Shown one piece after another: positions 37,762 through 46,417 of a stretch of DNA of 59,059 bases. The stretch's first letter is position 1. Every line of letters starts with the position of its first letter. Origin of the DNA: a virus (taxonomy: Duplodnaviria > Caudoviricetes); the IMG/VR virus record IMGVR_UViG_3300036651_001467, positions 1 through 59,059 of that record, one strand, 5' to 3'. The translations under genes and the position numbers were made by a program. The notes under the pieces are model-generated. The model was given only the letters and a program-made list of their open reading frames with translations, did no database searches and was not told where the DNA came from.

Positions 37762-39309
37762 TTAGTTCCCATTCACCGGGACGATGGACAGCGCGTTGAT
37801 AATCGGCGCGGTGATGTTGTTCGCCGTGCCGCTCGCCAGATTCACCGATAGGTAAATGCCCTGCGTCAGGTCAATCGCCGAACTGGCGGCGGTCGTGACA
37901 TCCACCCCGTTGACAATGGTGGTCGCAGCCGCGTTGGCCACGTTGTACCAGGGCAGCGGAGTGACCGACCAGAACTTACCGCTGGTGCCGGTCACATTGG
38001 TCGTGATGCGGAAACAGCCGCCGAATGTGCCAGCCGCCGCCTGCGTCTGCGTCGGGAAGCTGATCGTCGATAGAGTGACCGGCGATTGGCCGTACTGATT
38101 CGCCACCTGCAACTTAACCACCAGCGTCGAACTCGCAACTTGCGTGGCCGTCGCGCCCTTTACGCACACATCCCACGTTTTGCCCAAGTAGTTGAAGTAC
38201 CCGGCAGGAACGTACATCTGCGCGCCGTCCGCGTTCGAACTGTTCAACGTGCCGGTGGCGACGAACGGCCCGAACTGCGTCTGGAAGGCCGGGGGCAGCG
38301 CACTGAACGCCTGCAACTGGATGATGGTATGCGCGGTGGACTCGGCCACCTCCTTCGCGGTGCTCGACGGATTGGCGGCGATGGTGGCCGTGGCGCCGAT
38401 CGCGCATACCGGCTTGCCAGTGGATACCAGAGCCGTGGCCAGCGTGCAAACCGAGGAGGTGACGGGAACCTCGATCTCTGTTCCGGCGCTCCCGGCGGAC
38501 GCGGTGATAAGCGGAATAAAGCCAACCGCTCCGGTCGTCGCGGCCACGGCGGACGTGGTTACCGTCTGCTGCGAGCCGCTCAGTGTAATTTGCGAACTGT
38601 CAGTCGCGGGCAGCGAGATTCCACCCAGCGCATCCACGTACTCGTAGCTAACGTAATAGGTGCCGGTCGAAGTCAGCGCGCCACCGTTCACGCCGGTCAG
38701 CGTCACCGCCGAACCCGCAGGAATCAGCGATAGGGTCGTCGGTCGCGGTGCCCAGAACAGCGGAGACAGGCCGCGCAAGTCCTCGACCATGATATTGCCG
38801 GTGACCAGGCTGAACGGAGTGTTGCTCGATCCGAACACCGGGCCAACCACCACGAATCCGGGCAGGCCGGATCCGCGCGCCAGCAGCCAGCTCGCCGCCT
38901 CCTGCACGCCGCCCGTGGCCGTCGAGATCAAAGTGCGGTTGCCGGGATGGGTATTGGCAAATGTCGCAGTGCCCGTGCATTGGCTGGGCGCGCCGTTGCT
39001 ACAGGTGACCGAGGTTACCTGCAACGTCTCGGCTGTGCTGCCCGTGTCGAAGGTGACGTAGCCGTTGTTGGTCAGAACCGGCACCGGCGTCTCGCCCCTC
39101 GAGCCCGAGAAGAATCCGGGGGTGACCGTGAAGCTCGCGCTGCCCGTCGCCGCAATCGGCGTGGTCATGTAGGCCGTGAACCCCGAGAAGTCGCTGGCGT
39201 TCACCGGCGGCGTCGTCTGGGCGTTGAGGAAGCACACCATGGCCAGGCAGGCCAAGGCGAGGGGTGCCGACTTGATGGCACGGCGGACGTATTGAATAAA
39301 GCGCTTCAT
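37762..39309 (-). CDS. Secreted-type structural protein with a signal peptide (515 aa)
   Basis: KSAPLALACLAMVCFLNA|Q; shares a domain with the 628-aa protein; Cys pairs. Confidence 0.7.
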   Translation of the reverse strand: MKRFIQYVRRAIKSAPLALACLAMVCFLNAQTTPPVNASDFSGFTAYMTTPIAATGSASFTVTPGFFSGSRGETPVPVLTNNGYVTFDTGSTAETLQVTSVTCSNGAPSQCTGTATFANTHPGNRTLISTATGGVQEAASWLLARGSGLPGFVVVGPVFGSSNTPFSLVTGNIMVEDLRGLSPLFWAPRPTTLSLIPAGSAVTLTGVNGGALTSTGTYYVSYEYVDALGGISLPATDSSQITLSGSQQTVTTSAVAATTGAVGFIPLITASAGSAGTEIEVPVTSSVCTLATALVSTGKPVCAIGATATIAANPSSTAKEVAESTAHTIIQLQAFSALPPAFQTQFGPFVATGTLNSSNADGAQMYVPAGYFNYLGKTWDVCVKGATATQVASSTLVVKLQVANQYGQSPVTLSTISFPTQTQAAAGTFGGCFRITTNVTGTSGKFWSVTPLPWYNVANAAATTIVNGVDVTTAASSAIDLTQGIYLSVNLASGTANNITAPIINALSIVPVNGN

Positions 39310-39351
39310 GGAATCTCCTTGGCCGGGGCTGCCGGCGTGTACGCGGTTGGC

Positions 39352-40536
39352 CTAGCGGCCAGTAGTCTCGACCGTGAACTGGATGTTGCCGGGTCTGGAT
39401 GATGCGTGCGTATCCGCCGTGACTTGAAGGCTCAACTGCGTGCCGGCGTTGAAATTGCATGTGCCGGTCGGCGCGTTCGATGATCCGTAGATCGCCGTTC
39501 CGCTCAACATCGCGGGGAATGTGCAAACGCTTGTGCCGTCGGTCACCGCGAAGGTCGAAGCTCCCGCGCCCACGCCCGCCGATTGAACAAAGGCACTCAG
39601 CGCCCGCACCGTGATCGGGACATTCGGCGTCCACGCATACAGCGTGGCTGTCGGCGCAGTAATGGTGCCGGCGAAGAACCCGGAGGCATACCCCGGCCCC
39701 AGGTTCGACGTATTCGATACTGCGTACCCGTTCAGGTTGAGCGGGCTGGCGATGCTCTGCGGATAGGGCTGCGCGGGATTCGTGAGAACCGGGGCAGGGA
39801 AGCTCACGCTCGGCGGATAGCCCAACGGCAGAAGCGTAGAAACGTCGAGGGTCGCGCTGGTCAGATACCAGTTCTTCGGGAAGCCGGTGACAACATTCTG
39901 GTTTACATCGGTCAGCGTGGCCGAGTAGTAGGTGGCCGACGGGATCCCGGCGTCGTTTCCGAAGTAGACACAGGCGGTGTTATTGCTCGCAGGCAGCGCC
40001 GCGCCCGATGTCAGCGCCACTGACTGCGTGAAATTCACGTTGTTCAGCGCCGAGCCTTGCAGCGTCTCGGTGCCGGAGCTGGTCCCGATGTACACCCGGT
40101 AGCCGGTGACGCCGCTCGGAATCACGGTGGGCGCATTGATGACGATCTGGCCAGTGCTGTTCAGCGTGAACTGCGCTTCCGGGCCGGCCAGAGTTTCAGT
40201 GCTCGCTGTCGAATTGTAGTTCGTCAGTTTGACGAAATACACGCCGGCGGCGAGCGATCCGGTTCCCGTCTGCGCGGTGCCCGTGGGCGTCGTCAGCGGG
40301 TTAGCCGAGCCCACGACTGACCCATCGGTCGAGGTATAGCAGGTGACAAGCTGCGGGATGACTGCATAGTTTCCCGGCGACACCACCAACTGACTGAGCT
40401 GCAATTGCAGCGTGCCGTTGACCACCGGGCCGATCAGCGGCGTGACAAACTTGCCGGTCAGCGTTCCGGTGGTCGCGCCGAACATCGGCAGCGCCATGGC
40501 CAGCAACGCAGCGGCGAGAACGATGTGGCGTCTCAT
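39352..40536 (-). CDS. Secreted-type structural protein with a signal peptide (394 aa)
   Basis: MRRHIVLAAALLAMALPMFG; contains the LxAGxY...GxE.LQ module also present in the nozzle. Confidence 0.7.
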   Translation of the reverse strand: MRRHIVLAAALLAMALPMFGATTGTLTGKFVTPLIGPVVNGTLQLQLSQLVVSPGNYAVIPQLVTCYTSTDGSVVGSANPLTTPTGTAQTGTGSLAAGVYFVKLTNYNSTASTETLAGPEAQFTLNSTGQIVINAPTVIPSGVTGYRVYIGTSSGTETLQGSALNNVNFTQSVALTSGAALPASNNTACVYFGNDAGIPSATYYSATLTDVNQNVVTGFPKNWYLTSATLDVSTLLPLGYPPSVSFPAPVLTNPAQPYPQSIASPLNLNGYAVSNTSNLGPGYASGFFAGTITAPTATLYAWTPNVPITVRALSAFVQSAGVGAGASTFAVTDGTSVCTFPAMLSGTAIYGSSNAPTGTCNFNAGTQLSLQVTADTHASSRPGNIQFTVETTGR

Positions 40537-40826
40537 TGGGCTGGTTCCACCAACGTGCATTCGCACTCCCTGAGAATCACCACATCCTCGCCGTCCTGTG
40601 TAATGTCAATCCCCGCGTACTCGCCGAAATGCACGGTGTCGCCGGGCTTCACATCCAGCGGGACCAGCGCGCCGCTTGGCAGTCTGCGGCCCGCACCAAC
40701 CGCCAGCACCACGCCCGACGCCTTCTTCTTCTCGGCCAGGACGGGCGCAATCAGCCCGGCGGGCATTGGAGCGACGGAAGAGTCGCGGCGCACAACCAGC
40801 CTGTCGTGAACGGGGCGGATGCTCAT
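40533..40826 (-). CDS. groES: Co-chaperonin GroES (Cpn10)
   Basis: IRPVHDRLVVRR...GVVLAVGAG...PLDVKPGDTVHFGEYAG...ILRE. Confidence 0.93.
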   Translation of the reverse strand: MSIRPVHDRLVVRRDSSVAPMPAGLIAPVLAEKKKASGVVLAVGAGRRLPSGALVPLDVKPGDTVHFGEYAGIDITQDGEDVVILRECECTLVEPAQ

Positions 40827-41086
40827 GCCCGCTCCGCGCGCGACTTTCGCGGTCGCGCCTCATTCACGTTCAGCGCCCGGCCGCCCATGCGCTCCCCTTG
40901 GAGTCCGGCAATGGCCTCGTCGGCTTCGATATCAACGGGCATGTCCACGAAGCCGTAGCCACGCGAGCGCCCGCTCTCGTCCTTGATGACCGTGACGCGC
41001 TGGACTTCGCCGAACGCATCGAACAGGCCGCGAACTTCATCATCGGTCGCCGCGAACGGCAGGTTGCCCACAAATATGCTTTTCAC
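40823..41086 (-). CDS. RRM (RNP-1) RNA-binding protein
   Basis: RNP2 IFVGNLP, RNP1 RGYGFVDM, GRALNVNEARP; GTG start after AGGAGG. Confidence 0.93.
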   Translation of the reverse strand: MKSIFVGNLPFAATDDEVRGLFDAFGEVQRVTVIKDESGRSRGYGFVDMPVDIEADEAIAGLQGERMGGRALNVNEARPRKSRAERA

Positions 41087-41253
41087 GCTTCCACCCTCCT
41101 GAACAAAGACTTCCACCGCTCCCGCGCCCGGTCGGCTTCGGTCGGCGGTCGCAAACCCAACTGCTCGGCGCAAAACGATGGCGTCCACAAGCGCGCCATC
41201 TGAAGGATCGCCCGCTGCTCGATGAACTTGAATTGGCGCGTGGGTCGCTTCAC
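41083..41253 (-). CDS. Small hypothetical protein (56 aa, absent from the ORF track)
   Basis: VKRPTRQFKFIEQ...RVEA*, with GTGA overlaps at both ends. Confidence 0.55.
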   Translation of the reverse strand: MKRPTRQFKFIEQRAILQMARLWTPSFCAEQLGLRPPTEADRARERWKSLFRRVEA

Positions 41254-41519
41254 TGTTTCGGCATCCCCTCAATCACCTTCACCATGTCGCGTCGAATGTC
41301 GAGGCAGGGCAGCTTGCCGCATACTCCAGCCGGAGCAACATGCCCGACGCCCGCGTGAACCGTCTCAAGGTCGCGCTTGAGCGAGTGCAGCGCCGCCTCA
41401 TGACTGTCGAAATCTTCAAGCTCTGAAACCAGCGTGCCCCCAGGCACGGTGCGCACTCCGTCGCCAGAGATGACCTGCTGTTCGGCCAACGTAAAGCGGT
41501 AATGCCGCGCCTGGATCAT
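41250..41519 (-). CDS. Hypothetical protein
   Basis: Coupled ORF MIQARHY... Confidence 0.55.
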   Translation of the reverse strand: MIQARHYRFTLAEQQVISGDGVRTVPGGTLVSELEDFDSHEAALHSLKRDLETVHAGVGHVAPAGVCGKLPCLDIRRDMVKVIEGMPKQ

Positions 41520-41758
41520 GCTGCTACCTTCGCTCCCCAAACGAAATTGAACTCCGACGGCCCAACCTGCACCAGCCGGTAGAGATGGCTGGGCAACTTG
41601 CGCTCCAGCTCTTCGCAGAACGAGGCGAGGTTGTCGTCAACGCCCTTGGGCGTGAACCTCTTGCCCTTGGGCGCGGCGATAACAATCCGCCGCACCACGC
41701 GCTTATTGGCCGAGTCGAAAACCTTGAGAATGATTCTGCGCATATGCAAACAGGCCAA
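41516..41758 (-). CDS. Small basic hypothetical protein
   Basis: Directly downstream of the tmRNA; coupled to the next gene. Confidence 0.6.
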   Translation of the reverse strand: MACLHMRRIILKVFDSANKRVVRRIVIAAPKGKRFTPKGVDDNLASFCEELERKLPSHLYRLVQVGPSEFNFVWGAKVAA

Positions 41759-41848
41759 GGCGCTAATCCGCCCCGACCGCCTCCACCACCGGCTTTTACG
41801 AAGCCGGAAACGGGCGGGGGCCAGGACGCGATGCCTAGCCCCAAGCCG

Positions 41849-42076
41849 TTAGGCTGCCAGCGCCAGAGGCGCCGGAGCCGCAAACGCAATCACGTTGGAT
41901 TTGGCGTTTATGGTTTTGAACTGTTGCGGCCATGTCTCGCCGGCCTGCCGCGTCCTCTTTGGTGCCCCGTCGAAACCATTGCACGCCCTCAAGTTGGTGG
42001 ACGTGGCCGGGATCGAACCGGCGTCCGAAGTACCGCCAAGCAACGCATCTACAGGCTTATTCGGCCATCGCTGGCC
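41849..42076 (-). ncRNA. ssrA: Circularly permuted (two-piece) tmRNA; outer ends approximate
   Basis: Acceptor piece TAAGCCTGTAGA...GGAC-GCCGG TTCGATC CCGGC-CACGTCC-ACCA ends at 41995. After 6 nt (ACTTGA), the coding piece GGGCGTG-CAATGGTTTCGAC starts at 41988. 7-bp acceptor stem with G3.U70. Tag ORF 41905-41849 AKSNVIAFAAPAPLALAA* follows ATAAAC. Confidence 0.93.
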
Positions 42077-42257
42077 AAACTGTGAAAACGCATTGGGGCG
42101 CGCCGGCCAACGGGCCGAGTGGCGGGCAACTCAACCGCCAAACGCTGCGCCCCAAACTGATGGCACCTGTTTCATGACCCAACCCCGACAAGGGCGTGCG
42201 CACATCTCGTGCGCCACCATGGGTGCCGTAAACGAATAAATTCCGGCCACAGCTTCG

Positions 42258-42596
42258 TTACAGATTCAGGTCCGCCACCAGCGCGAGGTTGTCGCAATCA
42301 TCCTCGTAATCAATCTCCAGCGGAATGGCGGCCATGGTCTCGGCCGACGACGGCGGCGACGGAATATCGCAAGACATCGGCCCTGGCGCGTGCTCACACA
42401 CCACCCTGACGCAAGTTGCGTAATACCACTTTACGAATGCGCGAGACGCGAGCCATCGCCCGGAAGGAAGAGCCCCGCCGTTAGCCGCCGTTGCGGCGGC
42501 AGTTGCAGCTTTGATTGTCTCGACGGCCCAACGATCACGCGGAATGCTGATTACGAGGCGCAAGCGGCCTTCGGGCTGTTTGGTCTGGTCATCCAT
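42258..42596 (-). CDS. Hypothetical protein
   Basis: RBS GGGAG; operon orientation. Confidence 0.55.
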   Translation of the reverse strand: MDDQTKQPEGRLRLVISIPRDRWAVETIKAATAAATAANGGALPSGRWLASRAFVKWYYATCVRVVCEHAPGPMSCDIPSPPSSAETMAAIPLEIDYEDDCDNLALVADLNL

Positions 42597-42628
42597 GGTC
42601 AACTCCCACTGATAAATCTCGGCCGCCG

Positions 42629-42991
42629 TTACCAGAGCCGCGCGAATGCGCCGGCCTTGGCCAGTCGCAGCATCTCACGCTGCCATCGCGGCCCGTGTTG
42701 GGCTCCCAATCCGGTCGAGATGTGCGCCATTTCGTGTAGCAGTACCCGCACCACCAACCGCGAGGAAAACCGGATCCGATTCGAAACCGAAATCTTGAAG
42801 TTCGTAATTGGCCGATGCTGCTTTCTCGTGCCCCACACCTCCGCCAGGTGTCCCGACCTGTTCGCCATCCGCGCCGGCATCCAATACAACCGCGTATCCG
42901 CCGGCAACCGCCCGCCAAACCACTCACGGTTAAACTCGCGGTAGAACTCAGCCAACTGCGGGCTTGGCTCCAGGCGAGCCCTCAACCTCAT
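42629..42991 (-). CDS. SprT-like zinc metalloprotease domain protein
   Basis: FNREWFGGRLP...VLLHEMAH...HGPRW. Confidence 0.85.
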   Translation of the reverse strand: MRLRARLEPSPQLAEFYREFNREWFGGRLPADTRLYWMPARMANRSGHLAEVWGTRKQHRPITNFKISVSNRIRFSSRLVVRVLLHEMAHISTGLGAQHGPRWQREMLRLAKAGAFARLW

Positions 42992-43200
42992 ACGTCCTTG
43001 CGGCTGCGTGCCTTACGCCCGACCCGCTGCATCATGCTCTCGTGCTTCCGCTCCATCTCGCGGCCCTTGGCGGTTTCCTTGTTGCCCTTCACGGCACCGA
43101 CGCTGTTCATGACTTCGAACACGCGGGCATCCAGTTCTTTGCCGCGCAGCCCCTTCTTCCCGTACTCATGGCGCAATGCGGATTCGAGGAATGCAGGCAT
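42988..43200 (-). CDS. Small basic conserved phage protein
   Basis: MPAFLESALRHEYG...MNSVGAVKGNKETAKG. Confidence 0.65.
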   Translation of the reverse strand: MPAFLESALRHEYGKKGLRGKELDARVFEVMNSVGAVKGNKETAKGREMERKHESMMQRVGRKARSRKDV

Positions 43201-43394
43201 GGTGTCGTTTTCCTTCCTACCTCGCTGCCAGCCGCTCCTGCGTGCAGGGCAGGCAGTGGCAGTCGTGGCGATGCGGACTGATCCCAAGCCCATAGGCTCT
43301 CTGTTCAGCCATCCTGCGCCGGTCTGCCGCTATCTGGGCCTGCATGCGGGCGGCATCCTGCCTACGCAGGTCAGCAAAGGCGCACCAATCAACT

Positions 43395-43613
43395 TCATTG
43401 AGGCATGACATTGTTGGCCCTTTCGAAGTTCACCCTCGCCAATCCCTTGATCCGGTAGACGCGCTTCACTCCATCCACGTCCACGGACAAGACCAGCTCG
43501 CAATTGCTCAGCCTGCGCATCTCGACGCGCCCTGCGACCAGCGGGAAATCTCCAATCGCGTCCGCTCCGTCCGGCGTTGGTTCAGGGCTCCAGGAGATTG
43601 ACTCGATGCTCAT
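43395..43613 (-). CDS. Hypothetical protein
   Basis: MSIESISW...; operon context. Confidence 0.5.
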   Translation of the reverse strand: MSIESISWSPEPTPDGADAIGDFPLVAGRVEMRRLSNCELVLSVDVDGVKRVYRIKGLARVNFERANNVMPQ

Positions 43614-43623
43614 GGTTCGCCTG

Positions 43624-43920
43624 TTATGCCCACGCATTGACCAGCGACCGCGCATAGGCATCGCCCGCCGCGAACGCGATCATGACGCCTTTCGAAATCT
43701 TGCAGGACGCATCCCGCAGGCCGATCGGCCGCTTGAACGTGAGCCGCATCTGGTTGATCGGCAGTCCCTTGTCGTCCGCGAAGCCCTCGCGCAGCATCGC
43801 CGTCGCCTCGGACTCACGCAGGAAGAAGCGTGGAGAAGTGCCGTGGTCATCGTTCGGGTAAATCACCCCGATCATCACCCGGCCCGCATGTCGAATTCGC
43901 CCGCTACGTTTTCGCGCCAT
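43624..43920 (-). CDS. Hypothetical protein
   Basis: RBS GGAGG before ATG 43920. Confidence 0.6.
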   Translation of the reverse strand: MARKRSGRIRHAGRVMIGVIYPNDDHGTSPRFFLRESEATAMLREGFADDKGLPINQMRLTFKRPIGLRDASCKISKGVMIAFAAGDAYARSLVNAWA

Positions 43921-44908
43921 GGCTATCCTCCCCGTGAAAAGACTGGCCTTCTGGCCATAACCCCATGCCATCCGTGTTGATGGCGGCATCCAGATCGCGT
44001 CTGAACTGCTTCATGGCCTCGGCCACGTTGCGCTTGGCGGCGTTCTCGATCGCTGCCACCTGAGCCTTGCGCGCCTCGGCCACGCGCTCGGCGCGCACCT
44101 TCCGCCAGTGCCGCTGAGCGCTCAGCACGGCCGGCGGCAATTCCCATCCCTCGATTCGCGCCATCAGAACAGCGGCGAACACCTGCCGTTCTCCGATGAC
44201 AGTCCACGCGGCCGCAGTACTCGCAATTGCGGCGTCCGTGCGATCCCATCTATCTCCGAGCCACACCGAAGAGCCTGGCGCACACAGCGCGCTGACGTGC
44301 ATTGCTTCTTCCCGCATCCAGCGCCGAAACGCCGCCCGCGCCTTGTCCTCGTGGTGCCCGTCCGGCCTTAACGGCTGCACCATGCCAAACCCTTGCGCCA
44401 CCAGGTCGGCGGCAATTTGAGCCGGCGTGACTCCAGCGAAACCATCGCCGCAAGCCTCCACGCGCAGGCCCTCAATCGTCAGCCGCCCAAATCCAGCCTT
44501 CGAGTACGGCGGAATCTCGAAGTAGCCAACCGTCGTATGCACCGACACTGGAAATGGCGAGGCGTTGATCAGATCCGCCGACGGGGGCTCTCCATAGGCC
44601 GCGCGAAATCTGGCTACCTGCCGATCCCGCAGCACCCCGGAGGCCCACGCGTTGCCAATTAGCTCGTCGAACATTGCGCCCGGCCGCTTCTTGGCGGGCT
44701 CAAGGCGATCAGGCGGCTTGGAAGCCGCAGGAGCTACAGAAGTCTCTTGCTTCCCTCCAAGCGCCATGAACGCGCCCGTTGTTGAAGTGCGCGCCGGGTA
44801 CTTGAAGCCTTCTCCCGCTGCCGCTTGGTCAGCGCCAGCATGATCAGCCTGCGCCGGCACGCGCCGCCCCAACAATCGCTTGGCGAATTCAACAATACGC
44901 ATAGACAC
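43904..44908 (-). CDS. Chimeric protein: paralog of the 285-aa late protein fused to a major-capsid-like C-terminal peptide
   Basis: AIENAAKRNVAEAMKQFRRDLDAAINTDGMG versus MCP AIEDAAKREVVNAMKQFRVMMDASLQTAGNG. Confidence 0.7.
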   Translation of the reverse strand: MSMRIVEFAKRLLGRRVPAQADHAGADQAAAGEGFKYPARTSTTGAFMALGGKQETSVAPAASKPPDRLEPAKKRPGAMFDELIGNAWASGVLRDRQVARFRAAYGEPPSADLINASPFPVSVHTTVGYFEIPPYSKAGFGRLTIEGLRVEACGDGFAGVTPAQIAADLVAQGFGMVQPLRPDGHHEDKARAAFRRWMREEAMHVSALCAPGSSVWLGDRWDRTDAAIASTAAAWTVIGERQVFAAVLMARIEGWELPPAVLSAQRHWRKVRAERVAEARKAQVAAIENAAKRNVAEAMKQFRRDLDAAINTDGMGLWPEGQSFHGEDSHGAKT

Positions 44909-45081
44909 CTGTGACTTTGGAAACGTGCCGTCTAACGGGCAGCAATGCGGTCAAGCCGCACCCGATGGCAGTCCTTACCGAGTCACGCGCCAAGCCCGGG
45001 GCATCACCGCCCCCGGCCTCAGCTCACTCATCTGTGATCCAACCCAACCTGCCATGTATGGAGTCTCTCAAAACTAAAATA

Positions 45082-45113
45082 GGTTTTCGCGCGAAAACCC
45101 CTTGTTTTTTTTT
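45082..45113. promoter_or_regulatory. Perfect 18-bp palindrome followed by a T-tract (operator or terminator)
   Basis: GGTTTTCGCGCGAAAACC at 45082-45099, then ccttgttttttttt. Confidence 0.45.
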
Positions 45114-46170
45114 GCAGTCGGCGTAACGTTGATCTTGACCCGCTTCCAGCAGGCCCACTGAGGACAACGAATGGTAACAACCATCGCGGCATCGGGACGC
45201 ATCGGATCAAGCAATACCCGGCGCCTGACTCGACTACGGACCCACTGACCTGCTGAGATGAACCGTTGATCGCAGCGACCGGCGAGACAGTTTTCGCAAA
45301 GAGAGTGCTGCTAAAGATTTTTCAACGGCGCGAACCGGATACCACTTTAGCGAAGCTGCGTCCAAAAACACCTGCGCCCAATAATTCTCGGGCGTAGGCA
45401 CTTTTCAGCGGGAGGGCCTATACGGAGGCCGATCACCGGCGAGGATGGTATGCCCCCCCCTGACGGCCGGCAGCAGTGGCAGTCACCCACGAGCACCTGG
45501 CGGGCCCCATCACCACACCGATCGCGGCGTAACCGGCACAATAACCGGCACAGGGCGATGGACGAATCGAGCCAACCCATTGATAACATTGAGCCGAGAG
45601 CGTGTAGCGACACTGCTGGGCCAGCAGGCAGGCAGTGATGGCGGCGGCGGCGCGGGCTCAATGATGGATGACGGCTCAACAGCGCGGCCAGCCGGCTCCG
45701 ACTCGCGGCAGCGCGCGGCATCCTTGGGTCAGGTCGGGACTGTAGACTAGCCAATCACCGGCAGAGAGCCCCATAGATAAAGTCATCCGACTGACCACTG
45801 CCCCAGTCGCACCGGCGCCCGTTCAGCCCGGCTTTGACCGCCGATCCCTCCCGCCGCGCCGACGCCGCTCGACCTTACTACAGTCAATCTATAGGAGTGC
45901 GGAGCCATCCTGTAGGTTATGGGGTTGCTGCGAATTGCGCGAGTCCCGGCCCTGCGAAAGAATCGCACCGCGATTGATTCTCCCGGCCCCCGCGTGACGT
46001 TTGCGCGGTTGCGGTGCCGTAGCGCGAATATCGCCGCATTTTGCGATTTTGCCGAGTTTCCGCGAAATAAACCGCGCTAGGATGCGATGTGCGGAGTCGC
46101 GGAGCCTGCCGGCAGGTCCTAGCATGGGGGATTTTGGGCCGTGGCGACCGAATATGCTATCCTTGCCCGC

Positions 46171-46362
46171 ATGGGTAGAAAACTGACCATTGAAGAAATG
46201 AACAGGCTGTTTGCCTCACGCGGCGGCAAGGCGCGAGCTGCGAAGCTCAACCCGGCGCGGCGCTTGGAAATTGCGACAAAGGCGAGCGCGGCCGCGAAGG
46301 CGAAGCGGGAGACGCTGGAAGGCGGCGAATTGCCCGTAGAACCTGATCTTGACACCCCCTAA
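46171..46362 (+). CDS. Small basic nucleic-acid-binding protein (GGKARAAKL..RR.EIA type)
   Basis: Leaderless-type ATG after the extended -10 TGCTATCCT. Confidence 0.7.
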   Translation: MGRKLTIEEMNRLFASRGGKARAAKLNPARRLEIATKASAAAKAKRETLEGGELPVEPDLDTP

Positions 46363-46382
46363 AAATAAATCTTGCAAACCCC

Positions 46383-46417
46383 TTGACACACCTTGCCCGC
46401 AAGGATAGTATGTAGAC
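46383..46417 (+). promoter_or_regulatory. Strong sigma70 early promoter with a palindromic operator in the spacer
   Basis: TTGACA-N17-TAGTAT, ATG 6 nt downstream. Spacer contains CCTTGCccGCAAGG. Confidence 0.8.

Noticed and set aside
42007-42023. 17-nt inverted match (CGCCGGTTCGATCCCGG) between the tmRNA and attP
   Set aside because: Explained by T-arm conservation. Flanks differ, and there is no evidence of an invertible segment.
41849-42043. 64-aa ORF MLGGTSDAGSIPATST...ALAA
   Set aside because: It is a read-through of the tmRNA structure; only the last 18 codons are the tag frame.
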